Assembly (NCBI GenBank): GCA_031254635.1
Contig: JAIRUB010000153.1
Span: 1 to 43,669 of the forward strand
DNA length: 43,669 nt
Direction of reading: 5' to 3'
From: Prevotellaceae bacterium
Lineage (GTDB): Bacteria; Bacteroidota; Bacteroidia; Bacteroidales; UBA932
Shown here: positions 28,911 to 38,239 of the stretch, in pieces
Layout of the letters: the number at the start of each line of letters is the position of its first letter
How positions within the stretch are numbered: the first letter of the stretch is position 1
The notes under the pieces: generated by a model
What the model saw: only the letters and a program-made list of their open reading frames with translations
Databases searched by the model: none
Told to the model about the DNA's origin: nothing
Program-made: the position numbers and the translations under genes

Positions 28911-29479
28911 TAGTCTCAAACTTTAAACCTCTTTTTTAAAAAAAGCGGTGCGGTGTTTATCTTTTTTCGACCCACTTAATATTGTTTTTAACAATATTTT
29001 GACCTTTTGCGGCTTATCGGCGAAGGCGCAACAACTTGTTGACACATCATAATTTACTCTTATTCAAGCCTTTGCCGACTCTGCCGCTATTGCAATAGAG
29101 ATGGAGGACTTTCCCCCACCTGACTTTCCGCCGGAGAACTGCGTATTTTCATCATGCGTGTTATGCGTTACGGTTCGCCCGTAAGCGTTGATGTTAAACG
29201 ACCTTTTCTTTACTCCGGGCGAATGGTTTTACGACTTGTTTAACGAACACCGTCCCCCGCAAATACCCGATGAGTTATTAGCTATTAAATTAATGCGGGG
29301 GCAATTAGAGCGTGAATGAGAGTATACGAAAAAAACCGCTACCGCCGGCATGATATATTGGTGGCTATAGTGGCTGTTGATATTTTTATGATTATTTGGT
29401 TATTTGTCGTAAAGCGTGAAGAGTAAAGTATAAAGCGGATTATTTAGTTACAAGTTATTCATTGTTTTTTGCGCGAGTG

Positions 29480-29600
29480 TCCGGCTCGTCATTGTTAGGA
29501 ACAATAAGGTGAAAATAAGGTTTTACCACTATGTCCCAACAACCCAACGTCATTGCGAAGATTGCGGTTAGAGGCTTGTATGTAGGGAAGCAATCTCTCA
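29480..29600 (+). repeat. CGTCATTG-type dispersed repeat modules downstream of aqpZ
   Basis: CTCGTCATTGTTAGGAACAAT and CCAACAACCCAACGTCATTGCGAAG...GGGAAGCAATCTC. The latter is shared with the insertion in the UbiD-family gene. Confidence 0.6.
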
Positions 29601-29651
29601 AAATAAAAAACGGACTTACAATTAACAAATAATCAATCTGGAAATTGAATT

Positions 29652-30314
29652 CTACTTTTTCAGCCACTTATAAAGCATACCGGCTAAAATAGCGCCGAAG
29701 ATAGGAGCAACTACGAACAACCACAATTGTTGTATGGCCACACCGCCATCCTGTGCAAACAAAGCTTGTGAAATACTGCGGGCTGGGTTTACTGAGGTGT
29801 TAGTTACCGGAATACTGATAAGGTGAATCAAGGTTAGCCCCAAACCAATAGCAAGCGGAGCAAAGCCTTTGGGAGCACGCTCATCGATAGCGCCAAGAAT
29901 GATGAAGAGGAACATAAAGGTCATCACAATTTCCATTAGTAAAGCCGGAACAAGGCCATAGCCGCCGGGAGAGGCTTCGCCGAAACCATTGGCAGCAAAA
30001 TCGCCTACCTTGCCGTTCATAATGAAAAAGAGAATAGTTGCCGCTACTGTAGCGCCTAATAATTGAGCAGAAATGTAGGACACAATTTCTTTGGAGTCAA
30101 ATTTGCCACCAGCCCACAAACCAAGCGTTACAGCAGGGTTCAAATGACAACCTGAAATATGGCCGATAGCAAAAGCCATGGTCAGCACCGTTAAACCAAA
30201 AGCGAGCGCAATGCCCAACACGCCAACGTATGAGCCGGCTAAAACTGCTGTTCCACAACCGCCCATTACGAGCCAAAAAGTACCGAAAAATTCGGCAGCA
30301 AGTTTTTTTGTCAT
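29652..30314 (-). CDS. aqpZ: aquaporin Z
   Basis: 220-aa ORF with two NPA boxes ([14 protein letters not shown]) and six hydrophobic segments. Confidence 0.95.
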   Translation of the reverse strand: MTKKLAAEFFGTFWLVMGGCGTAVLAGSYVGVLGIALAFGLTVLTMAFAIGHISGCHLNPAVTLGLWAGGKFDSKEIVSYISAQLLGATVAATILFFIMNGKVGDFAANGFGEASPGGYGLVPALLMEIVMTFMFLFIILGAIDERAPKGFAPLAIGLGLTLIHLISIPVTNTSVNPARSISQALFAQDGGVAIQQLWLFVVAPIFGAILAGMLYKWLKK

Positions 30315-30339
30315 AATACTTATATTTTTAAAATTTTCG

Positions 30340-31530
30340 TTATTCGATTACATTTAACTCTTTTCCTACTTTGATAAAGGCAGCAATGGCTTTATCTAAA
30401 TGTTCCTTTTTATGAGCGGCTGAGAGCTGTACGCGGATACGCGCCTGTCCCTGCGGCACTACAGGATAATAGAAACCCACCACATAAATACCCTCTTCAA
30501 GCATACGGTTGGCAAATACCTGCGACAACTTGGCATCGTACAGCATTACTGCACAAATAGCACTCTTCGTGGGCTTAATATCAAAGCCGGAAGCTATCAT
30601 CTTATCACGGAAATAGTGTACGTTCTCTTGTTGTTTTGTGTGCAGATCATTACTTTCATCCAATATCTTAAATACTTCCAAACCGGCGCCTACTACGGCA
30701 GGCGGAATGGAGTTGGAGAACAAATAGGGACGCGAACGCTGGCGCAACAGGGCAATAATTTCTTTACGGCCGGTAGTAAATCCGCCGATAGCGCCACCAA
30801 AGGCCTTGCCCAGCGTGCCGGTATAAATATCAACCCTGTCGTAGGTATTAAAATATTCACTTACCCCACGCCCGGTAGCGCCTACCACACCGGCCGAATG
30901 ACATTCATCAACCATTACCAACGCATCATATTTTTCGGCCAAATCGCAGATTTTATCCATTGGCGCTACATTGCCATCCATAGAGAACACGCCGTCGGTA
31001 ACAATGATTCGGTGGCGTTGCGCCTGCGCTTTCTTCAGGCATTCTTCCAATTCGGCCATGTCGGCATTGGCATAGCGATAACGTTGCGCTTTACATAAAC
31101 GTACACCATCAATAATAGACGCGTGGTTTAAAGCATCGGAAATAATGGCGTCCTGCTCGTCAAATAAAGGTTCGAAGAGCCCGCCGTTGGCATCAAAACA
31201 GGCAGCGTAAAGGATAGTGTCTTCGGTTTTAAAATACCGTGCAATAGCAGCTTCCAATTCTTTGTGCAAATCCTGTGTGCCGCAAATAAAACGCACGCTC
31301 GACATACCGAAACCATGCGTTTCCATAGCTTGCTGTGCAGCTTTGATTACCCGTGGATGGTTCGATAATCCTAAATAATTGTTGGCGCAAAAATTCAACA
31401 CATTCTTTCCGGTATTAACGTGAATTTCTGCTTGCTGGGAAGAGGTTATTACCCGCTCTTCCTTATACAGGCCGGCCTCTCTGATATTGTTCAGTTCGGT
31501 GGCCAAGTGTTGTTGTAGTTTTCCGTACAT
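30340..31530 (-). CDS. kbl: glycine C-acetyltransferase (2-amino-3-ketobutyrate CoA ligase)
   Basis: 396-aa ORF with [13 protein letters not shown], the PLP-lysine region GTLGKAFGG and DECHSAG, typical of Kbl and alpha-oxoamine synthases. Confidence 0.9.
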   Translation of the reverse strand: MYGKLQQHLATELNNIREAGLYKEERVITSSQQAEIHVNTGKNVLNFCANNYLGLSNHPRVIKAAQQAMETHGFGMSSVRFICGTQDLHKELEAAIARYFKTEDTILYAACFDANGGLFEPLFDEQDAIISDALNHASIIDGVRLCKAQRYRYANADMAELEECLKKAQAQRHRIIVTDGVFSMDGNVAPMDKICDLAEKYDALVMVDECHSAGVVGATGRGVSEYFNTYDRVDIYTGTLGKAFGGAIGGFTTGRKEIIALLRQRSRPYLFSNSIPPAVVGAGLEVFKILDESNDLHTKQQENVHYFRDKMIASGFDIKPTKSAICAVMLYDAKLSQVFANRMLEEGIYVVGFYYPVVPQGQARIRVQLSAAHKKEHLDKAIAAFIKVGKELNVIE

Positions 31531-31574
31531 AAGTAAAATAGTTAAAAGTTTATAAAGTTTAAAGTATTCGTGGT

Positions 31575-32372
31575 TTATTTGTAGATGTAGTTTAAAATAG
31601 CGGCAAGGTGTTCGGCGGTGGTTACTAACCGTTTTTCGAGTAGTGATACATATTTAAAATTATAGTCGTATGGTTTCACAGTATAGAGCTGCGAAGTATA
31701 TACAATTTCCGTAGTTTGATAAGTTTCCCAAGCCCATTCAAGAATGGCGATATTATCGCCTTCGAAAATTATTTTTTGTAAAGGATATACTCGTTGCAAA
31801 TGATTGGCATACTCGGTATAACTCAACTTCTGAAACTCGACAAATACATCATCCCACAAACTGTGCAAGTTAATGTTACGCTCGCCCCATTTAATCGGAA
31901 TGCGGTTGCCGCCAAGGTCTTCAGCCCGTGCCAAATGCATAGGACAGTGCATATCTTGAGTTATGTGTACCAACATTTTCAACATATTGGTGTCGTTAGG
32001 GAATTGTTTTAGATGGGCTGTAAGCTCCATTACACGATACACACACTCGCCATCGGTTTGTTTCATCACTAAAGTATCAAAGGCTTCGCGGCTAAGTTCG
32101 CCGTCGAGGTTGGTATAATGCCATGTATGAGTATAGTTGTAAGTGCTGTCGGAGCGCATAGTATCGCCCCAAACCGAGATCATGGCCACGCTGCTGTTGC
32201 CAAATATGGCGGTTACTTCTTTTCTTGCCTTGTCGGTTAAAAGGCTTTCTGTCATTTCGCCGATAGTGCGGTGGCCGGTGGCACCCCAAGCTGCCGCAAT
32301 ATGGGGTAAAAGGGTGAAAAGGTACAGGGTGAAAAGGGTAACGAGTGGCAAGCGAGGGGAGATGAATCTCAT
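31575..32372 (-). CDS. S1/P1 nuclease family protein
   Basis: 265-aa ORF with a signal peptide, then a mature WGATGHRTIGE start. DMHCPMHL and HSLWD are metal ligands characteristic of S1/P1 nucleases. Confidence 0.88.
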   Translation of the reverse strand: MRFISPRLPLVTLFTLYLFTLLPHIAAAWGATGHRTIGEMTESLLTDKARKEVTAIFGNSSVAMISVWGDTMRSDSTYNYTHTWHYTNLDGELSREAFDTLVMKQTDGECVYRVMELTAHLKQFPNDTNMLKMLVHITQDMHCPMHLARAEDLGGNRIPIKWGERNINLHSLWDDVFVEFQKLSYTEYANHLQRVYPLQKIIFEGDNIAILEWAWETYQTTEIVYTSQLYTVKPYDYNFKYVSLLEKRLVTTAEHLAAILNYIYK

Positions 32373-32375
32373 ATT

Positions 32376-33086
32376 TTATTTCATTAAGAAATTAATATCG
32401 TCGGTGGCTTCGTATTCTTTGGTTTCCGTATCTTTTTTGAATACGCGCAAGGGACGGCTGCCCTGCAGTCGGAGTTGATAGCCATCGATATAAAACATAC
32501 AAGCCTCGCGTAGCCCTGCAACAAAGCGGTTGGGATTGGCAGCTATATATTCTTCTATGCGCTGTTCACGCGTTTCTCCGGCGTGTCCCGTAGGATGCGC
32601 ATCGAGATAATGCGGATTGATTTGGAAAGGAATAAGGCCCAATGCCGAAAAATTTTGCGGCTCTACAATAGGCATATCATTAGTGGTACAAATGGTTGGG
32701 CAAGTTAAATTAGAGCCTGCGCTCCAACCGATGTATGGCGTACCATTCTTAACTTTTTCCTTAATAGCTTCTATCAACCCCAATTCTTGCACACACTTCA
32801 ATAGGTGGAAAGTGTTTCCACCACCCACCACAATAGCCTGAGCTTCGGCTACTGCTTTTTTAGCGTCGCTGTAGTGATGAATACTGTCCACATCTATACC
32901 AAAAGGCTCCAATTTTTCTTTCACCTTTTGTTGGTAAATATCATAACTAAAAGTAACTGCGGCAAAAGGGAAGAAGAGGATTTTACGCACATTGTTTTGC
33001 TGCAGAAAATCGGCGATATTTTGCTTACAATATTCTAAATAAGCTTCGCCGGTATTGGTTGAATTGCTGATTAAAAGTAGTTTCAT
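32376..33086 (-). CDS. pepE: dipeptidase E (peptidase S51)
   Basis: 236-aa ORF with VVGGGNTFHLL, the GWSAGSN nucleophile elbow and FQINPHY. Confidence 0.88.
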   Translation of the reverse strand: MKLLLISNSTNTGEAYLEYCKQNIADFLQQNNVRKILFFPFAAVTFSYDIYQQKVKEKLEPFGIDVDSIHHYSDAKKAVAEAQAIVVGGGNTFHLLKCVQELGLIEAIKEKVKNGTPYIGWSAGSNLTCPTICTTNDMPIVEPQNFSALGLIPFQINPHYLDAHPTGHAGETREQRIEEYIAANPNRFVAGLREACMFYIDGYQLRLQGSRPLRVFKKDTETKEYEATDDINFLMK

Positions 33087-33143
33087 ATTATATCTCGTTA
33101 TTTAGATTTAAACAGCTAAGATAGTTATTTTTTATGAAATAGG

Positions 33144-33179
33144 CGAAAAAACTGCAGAATTTTATAAAACGGGCAGTTT
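33144..33179 (-). terminator. possible intrinsic terminator after the beta-barrel gene
   Basis: The minus strand reads AAACTGC - 17-nt loop - GCAGTTT followed by T-rich TTTCGCC. The stem is 33149-33155 paired with 33173-33179. Confidence 0.35.
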
Positions 33180-33266
33180 CCTCGCCTTCGTGTACCGGAA
33201 CCAATAACCACTACCTTGCTGCTTCAAAATAATTAAGCGTACTTTTTTTCATAATATAAATTAATT

Positions 33267-33947
33267 TTATTTACCAAACAGATAGGTCAAAGTGAGTGAC
33301 AGAGCAGCGTTTTTAATTTTGTTTCTCTCTATCGATACCTCTTGCGCTTCGATATATTTGGCATTGACCAAATCGATGAGACCGAACTGATAGCCCAGCG
33401 CGGCTTGAAGGTTGCCGAATTGCAGCCCGGCGCCAAAACCCAAACCAAAATCAAAAGCTTTATATGGGTTATCTTTGCCGCTTCCCATTTTGATTTTTTC
33501 ATTGATGGGGTCATCCTTTTCTCCGTTCACGATCACGTCAATTTTCACTTTGCCTCCAAGACCGTAGCCGAGATATGGACCTGCTTGAAATAAGAGTTTT
33601 ATGCCGCCCAAACCTATTTTGTATTGGGCATGAACAGGCACCTGAATATAATTCAGATGATATGTTCCTTTCATTTCAGTATGATAATCCATATAAGACC
33701 CCTCCTTAGCATTGTATTTACATCCCTGCATGGCATACAAAATACCCGATTGAAGCGAAAAAGCATTGCTCAGAGCGTAGTCGCCTACAACGCCGACTTG
33801 AAATCCCGGCCTCATTTTAGTGCCTTCGGTAGCCACTAATAAATTAGTAAGGCTAAACCCTGCACGAGCTCCAATTTTGAACTGTGCCTGCGCATAACTT
33901 GTCGTCAATACGATCGCCATTGCTGTCAAATAAAGTGTTTTTTTCAT
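33267..33947 (-). CDS. outer-membrane beta-barrel (porin family) protein
   Basis: 226-aa ORF with a signal peptide (LTTSYAQA) and alternating amphipathic strands. The C-terminus ...LSLTLTYLF-GK is aromatic-rich. Confidence 0.75.
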   Translation of the reverse strand: MKKTLYLTAMAIVLTTSYAQAQFKIGARAGFSLTNLLVATEGTKMRPGFQVGVVGDYALSNAFSLQSGILYAMQGCKYNAKEGSYMDYHTEMKGTYHLNYIQVPVHAQYKIGLGGIKLLFQAGPYLGYGLGGKVKIDVIVNGEKDDPINEKIKMGSGKDNPYKAFDFGLGFGAGLQFGNLQAALGYQFGLIDLVNAKYIEAQEVSIERNKIKNAALSLTLTYLFGK

Positions 33948-34022
33948 AGTCTTTTTAGTTTAACGTCCGCTCCTTTTGCAGACTGTTATTAATAATAAAT
34001 TCCTCATTTTGTTTCGTTCCAT

Positions 34023-34328
34023 TTACCTTTTAACGAATCCATTTTCATTAATCAGTTCATTCCATTCAGGATTAATTTTATTTATCAAATTTTCTTTCTT
34101 TTGCCTGTTCCATTTTTTTAGTTCTTTTTCTCTTTTAATGGCAATATCGAAATAAGTAAATTCTTCAAAATAGACACAGTATTCGATATTGTATCTATCT
34201 GTGAAAGAGTTTTTTATTAAATGATTTTTATGTTCAAAAACTCTTCTCAGTATATCGTTGGTTACTCCGATATACAAGGTAGTTTTATTCTTGTTCGTCA
34301 TTATATAAACATATCCGTGTTTAGCCAT
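34023..34328 (-). CDS. GIY-YIG nuclease family protein (small stand-alone type)
   Basis: 101-aa ORF with GYVYIMTNKNKTTLYIGVTNDILRRVFEH (GIY...YIG...R..EH) and a downstream catalytic-type E (REKELKKW). Confidence 0.85.
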   Translation of the reverse strand: MAKHGYVYIMTNKNKTTLYIGVTNDILRRVFEHKNHLIKNSFTDRYNIEYCVYFEEFTYFDIAIKREKELKKWNRQKKENLINKINPEWNELINENGFVKR

Positions 34329-34336
34329 TACAATAC

Positions 34337-34534
34337 TTATAATTTTTTTATATCTAACAGATTCCTCACTCCACTACGTTTTATTCGGAATGACCTCATC
34401 GTCTTGTGAGGCAGGTCGGTGTGAGCGGCGGCGAAGCCGCCGCTCACACCGACTCTTTCCCCTCCATCCGAAACGTCATGTTGAACGCAGCGTAGCGAAG
34501 TGAAACATCTGTTGATGAGTTTATCCCTTGTCAT
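34337..34534. repeat. cluster of REP-like palindromic repeat modules
   Basis: An 18-bp perfect stem GTCGGTGTGAGCGGCGGC-GAA-GCCGCCGCTCACACCGAC lies at 34415-34453. CCTCAT...GTGAGG hairpin at 34394-34411, and the CGTCATGTTGAACGCAGCGTAGCGAAGTGAAACATC module. The 65-aa ORF called here is probably just a translation of the repeat. Confidence 0.7.
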
Positions 34535-34600
34535 TTCCCTTTGTTTAAAAATTATTCACTGTTTACCATTCATTAATCACTAACCGTTAACCGTTAATCA

Positions 34601-35860
34601 CTATCGTTCCGCTTCAAAACAATAGGCATACATATTACTTAGGGCAATGACCTTTGCGGGCTGATTGCCTTTTGCCGGAAGCACATACACGGCATTTGTT
34701 CTAAACCTTGCACCGCTGCCCTCGCCGAGCAAGCCGGCATCAATACGCCACAACATTTTGCCTGTTGCTGCCTCGATAGCAAAGAGGCGCCCCCCGCCCG
34801 AGCCGCCCACCATATACACCACCCCGTTAAGGTAACTCATACGGCTGCTTGTGCCGGCGGTTGGCACACGCCAAAGCCGATTGCCTGTTTCTGCATTTAA
34901 AGCATACATATAAGTGTCTTCACAATTTCCTATAACTCTGCCATCTTCTACTATAATTCCCGTAAACATAAAATCACCGCCGAAATCTCTTTTCCATAGC
35001 TGTCTGCCGGTTTCTAAATCATGACACACTATATAGTTGGAAACCTCGGCATAGATTTTATTGTTTGCAATAATAGGGGTATAGTATGTAGCAAAATTTC
35101 GCGTTGCATCCAAAAGCATAACTTTATCCCATACCCATTTTTCCGTTTCCGTATCATACAGCCCAAAATATAGTTGCGTTATCCAATCCGGTAAATTCTC
35201 AAAATAAGTTACCAATAGAAGATTATCATTATTCGGAACTTGTGTAATATGAAGAACAGCCTTTCTGCAATCATCACATTCGTATGTAAAATTAGGAGTC
35301 AGAAATTCTGAAATTATACCGGTTTCAATATCGCCTTTGTATGCTATTTGTTCTAAATTTCCATCAATTTTTATATCGCCATACGTGAAGTAAAAATTGT
35401 CATAAGAATCAATTCTCACATCAAAACTCCTGTCCCGTTTATGTCGCCATTTCGTGTTGCCATTATCCAAATCTATGCAATAACTTCTACCACCATTTTG
35501 ATAAGTTAACAAGTTCTTATATTGATAGTGAAACGATACCATATTTTTATAATATCCCTGTTCATACATATCCTCCCAATGCCATAAATATTTTCCGGTT
35601 TTTGTATCTAATAACGAAATATACCTGCCTTTTTCTCCATTGGTTGTAGGAATTACAATGTTATCGTTGTAAACAACTGAATTATTAATATATCCATTTG
35701 CTTCCGAACTTTTTTGATGAAGTTTTGCTTTCCAAATAAAGGGGATGGCAACTACCACCCCCTTATCATCTACCTGTTTCTTAACAACGTCTTTCTCTTT
35801 TTCGCATCCGCAAGAAAACAAAAAGACCATAAAAATTGAAAAAAAACTTAATATTTTCAT
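34601..35860 (-). CDS. PQQ-like / BamB-like beta-propeller lipoprotein
   Basis: The start is taken at MKILSFFSIFMVFLFSCGC (lipobox), 1 nt after the upstream stop. Propeller blades repeat: GKYLWHW, GNTKWRH, EKWVWDK, GRQLWKR, GNRLWRV, GKMLWRI. Confidence 0.8.
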   Translation of the reverse strand: MKILSFFSIFMVFLFSCGCEKEKDVVKKQVDDKGVVVAIPFIWKAKLHQKSSEANGYINNSVVYNDNIVIPTTNGEKGRYISLLDTKTGKYLWHWEDMYEQGYYKNMVSFHYQYKNLLTYQNGGRSYCIDLDNGNTKWRHKRDRSFDVRIDSYDNFYFTYGDIKIDGNLEQIAYKGDIETGIISEFLTPNFTYECDDCRKAVLHITQVPNNDNLLLVTYFENLPDWITQLYFGLYDTETEKWVWDKVMLLDATRNFATYYTPIIANNKIYAEVSNYIVCHDLETGRQLWKRDFGGDFMFTGIIVEDGRVIGNCEDTYMYALNAETGNRLWRVPTAGTSSRMSYLNGVVYMVGGSGGGRLFAIEAATGKMLWRIDAGLLGEGSGARFRTNAVYVLPAKGNQPAKVIALSNMYAYCFEAER

Positions 35861-35861
35861 A

Positions 35862-37163
35862 CTACTGCGTTTTTTTCTCTGTATTAAACCAATCCCCTCT
35901 ATTAAAAATCGCCTCAAACGTTTTGTACGTTCCGTCATTCAATACCCCGTTTTTTCTGCTGTAGCTCATGTTCAGTACTTCCATGTGGTTGGCGTGGTCA
36001 ATAACGTAACGGTTGCCTGCAGGGCAGTCTTTCAACTCTTGTGCGTAGGTGGGGAGCAAGCCGTCGCTTTTGTAGTTCACGGTAATCCCGCATATAGTTT
36101 CGTGTGATATCCAGTAATCGCACAACAAAGGCTGAGCAGGCTGATGCGGATATCTGATTGCGGGGAAAACGCCTCCGGAAGCACAAGGTACCCACTCCTC
36201 CCAGATTACAGTCGAGTAGTATGTCTTGCTCGATTTTATCAAACTACACCATATTGTTTCACTTTGGTCTAACCAATCTCTGCCTTCTTTCCAAGCGTTT
36301 TTTAAAATATTATGGTGGGCGATAGCCGGAGGGTTTAAAAAAAGGGCAATAAATCCAACTACTTCATGCTGCTTAACTTTATCATTGTAAATTTTCCTGG
36401 TTTGATTTGCTACCCAAACCATTTCTTCATCGCCCGCCAGGACGCTTGTTCCTGCCCCAAAAACCGCCGAACCTGCCATACGCCAGTGTACCGGACTTGT
36501 TTCCTCTGCAATAATGGCTATTTTGTGCGCCGTAGAATTAAAATTATTCAGCGCATCCATCGCCGGACTTCCTTCTTTCAAATCTTTATTGGCAGTAGTG
36601 TCCATCATTGCAGTATTTTTACGTAAGGCGTCGGTTATTTTTTTAACTGTCCAGTCGGCAAATATAAACTTCCATATCACTTCGCCGAGAGCTCCTCCAA
36701 GTTCCGCAATAAAACCTGCCGCCAAACGTTTGACTGCCGTTTCTATCATAGCGTCCTGCGCCCCTTTGAGAATATTGTCGGACACGGGAGCGCCGTAATT
36801 GGGCGAGGCTACGGTAATAAAACCGCCAAAGCGCTTATCGTTGGCGGAGGTTGTCCTGTCCACTTCGCGAATCATCAATCCGCCCATGCTGTGCCCAATG
36901 CCTAAATTTGTTGGTGCAGTACTTGTAACGAAAGCTTTTAGGTGTATAGCAGCGCTATCCAGCCCGCTAGATGTTTTGAAGCTCTCTCGATGACTGTAGA
37001 TTCTGCGCTCAGCAGCAAAGATGTCTGCGTAATGTTTCCATGCCAAGGAATTGTCGCCGAGACCATGCACCCAAATAACGTTCCTGTTTTGCTGGGCATA
37101 TACCGTAATATGCGGTAAGGCAAACAGTACTAATATTAAAATAATATTTGTTCTAATTTTCAT
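35862..37163 (-). CDS. secreted alpha/beta-hydrolase (lipase/esterase-like)
   Basis: 433-aa ORF with a signal peptide (LFALPHITVYAQQ), VIWVHGLGDN, the nucleophile elbow GHSMGG and a C-terminal DHANHMEV that is a candidate catalytic His. Confidence 0.78.
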   Translation of the reverse strand: MKIRTNIILILVLFALPHITVYAQQNRNVIWVHGLGDNSLAWKHYADIFAAERRIYSHRESFKTSSGLDSAAIHLKAFVTSTAPTNLGIGHSMGGLMIREVDRTTSANDKRFGGFITVASPNYGAPVSDNILKGAQDAMIETAVKRLAAGFIAELGGALGEVIWKFIFADWTVKKITDALRKNTAMMDTTANKDLKEGSPAMDALNNFNSTAHKIAIIAEETSPVHWRMAGSAVFGAGTSVLAGDEEMVWVANQTRKIYNDKVKQHEVVGFIALFLNPPAIAHHNILKNAWKEGRDWLDQSETIWCSLIKSSKTYYSTVIWEEWVPCASGGVFPAIRYPHQPAQPLLCDYWISHETICGITVNYKSDGLLPTYAQELKDCPAGNRYVIDHANHMEVLNMSYSRKNGVLNDGTYKTFEAIFNRGDWFNTEKKTQ

Positions 37164-37164
37164 T

Positions 37165-38061
37165 TCAGTCTATTTTAAGTGGGTTAAGTTTCAAATTAAA
37201 ATGCTCAATTTTAGAAGAAGTTATCTGCCATACCTCCGCTCCAGAGGGCACCTGTACAAGCGTTTCCGTCCTTGTGGCGTTAAGTATCGGCGCGCCTTCT
37301 TTTTCGTATCCGTAAAAAGTACACGAACTCAGCTTTTCCTGTTCGTTGTAAGTTACCGTTACCACTACTCTACTGTTATTTTTGTCAATGAAGACAACGC
37401 TTGCGCCGGTTGTCAATGGACTAACCTCCGAAAGATTTGTCCGTATAGATACAATTTCTTCGCTATGCTCGGTTAACTGACCATTTGCGCGGGCGGCGGC
37501 AATCACATCGTCCATACTGCTGGAAAAGAAGTCGCCCTGCATGGTTTCCAATGCACATGTCATATCGTTGCCGTAGCGGCGAAAAAGTTCCTTAATGTGC
37601 TCTACCATTTCCGGTTGCCTTTGCATTTCAACAATTTGACTGCCGAGCATTTTTTGGGTTCCGTCATAAAAAGTCATGTTATTCCCGATAATTTCCGTTC
37701 TTCTTATTTTTGGAGCATCAGAGGGAGCGGTTTCGTGCGGAATATCTATTGTCCGCAGAAAATCCAATTCTTCTATATTCATATTTACCGTGCCGTCGGG
37801 CATCAGGTACATCTCAACGCGTTGTTTTTCTTCGCTCGGATTAAGGTATGCAAGGTCTAACTCGGTTAACTCTTCAAAATCATAATGATACACTTGATAG
37901 GTAGTCATTTCATAAGAGACTTCCAGCATTGCATCGCCGGGTATTACTGCCCTCGTGGTTGGTTCTGTTTCGTAATTGTCAAGGACTTTTTTTTCTTGGC
38001 AGCCTGATATCAGAACGGCAAGCAAAAATAAACCCGTTATTATAAAATATTTATTATACAT
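37165..38061 (-). CDS. hypothetical lipoprotein (first gene of the three-gene operon)
   Basis: 298-aa ORF with a lipobox (LLAVLISGC). No recognised domain. Its stop lies 1 nt before the next ATG. Confidence 0.7.
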   Translation of the reverse strand: MYNKYFIITGLFLLAVLISGCQEKKVLDNYETEPTTRAVIPGDAMLEVSYEMTTYQVYHYDFEELTELDLAYLNPSEEKQRVEMYLMPDGTVNMNIEELDFLRTIDIPHETAPSDAPKIRRTEIIGNNMTFYDGTQKMLGSQIVEMQRQPEMVEHIKELFRRYGNDMTCALETMQGDFFSSSMDDVIAAARANGQLTEHSEEIVSIRTNLSEVSPLTTGASVVFIDKNNSRVVVTVTYNEQEKLSSCTFYGYEKEGAPILNATRTETLVQVPSGAEVWQITSSKIEHFNLKLNPLKID

Positions 38062-38125
38062 AAGTTTTTTGTTTTTAATATATTCACTGCGTTAGATTTC
38101 TTCTAACAAAAATTTTCTGTCATCA

Positions 38126-38158
38126 GCCGTTGCCGGAAAGGGAAACCGCAGCAACGGC
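38126..38158 (-). other. stable hairpin in the operon leader
   Basis: GCCGTTGCCGG-AAAGGGAAA-CCGCAGCAACGGC gives 11 bp with a 2-nt bulge, about 65 nt upstream of the ATG at 38061. There is no adjacent U-tract. Confidence 0.5.
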
Positions 38159-38239
38159 AAACTACTCGAAGTCGTTCTTCCCCAATTGCCATATCGTTAA
38201 ACACTTGTAAACTGTTGATAATGAGCAACTTATGTGGTT

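Noticed and set aside
28945-29346. Possible RNase P RNA or tmRNA, given a roughly 400-nt span closed by a long-range helix. The minus strand contains GGGGGAAAGTCC, resembling the P4 GGAAAGTCC motif, and the plus strand contains CGGCTTATCGG.
   Set aside because: The two RNase P-like motifs lie on opposite strands and in the wrong order. No GGTAAGGGTGAAA-type or ACAGAA...CGGCTTA arrangement is present on one strand. No tRNA-like acceptor or T-arm ending in CCA is present for tmRNA. The region is kept only as an unclassified candidate.
29455-29667. 70-aa minus-strand ORF overlapping the aqpZ stop.
   Set aside because: It is composed of the CGTCATTG-type repeat modules and overlaps the aqpZ 3' end. 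It is most likely a translation artefact of a repeat.
34337-34534. 65-aa minus-strand ORF (MTRDKLINRCFTSLRCVQHDVSDGGERVGVSGGFAAAHTD...).
   Set aside because: It spans an 18-bp perfect hairpin and other palindromic modules. The peptide is the read-through of repeat DNA rather than a credible gene.
35862-37163. The lipase-like protein as a type VI secretion Tle-type effector, with the flanking lipoproteins as immunity proteins.
   Set aside because: The hydrolase has a classical Sec signal peptide, and no T6SS, PAAR, VgrG or Hcp genes are in the window. The idea has no support here.
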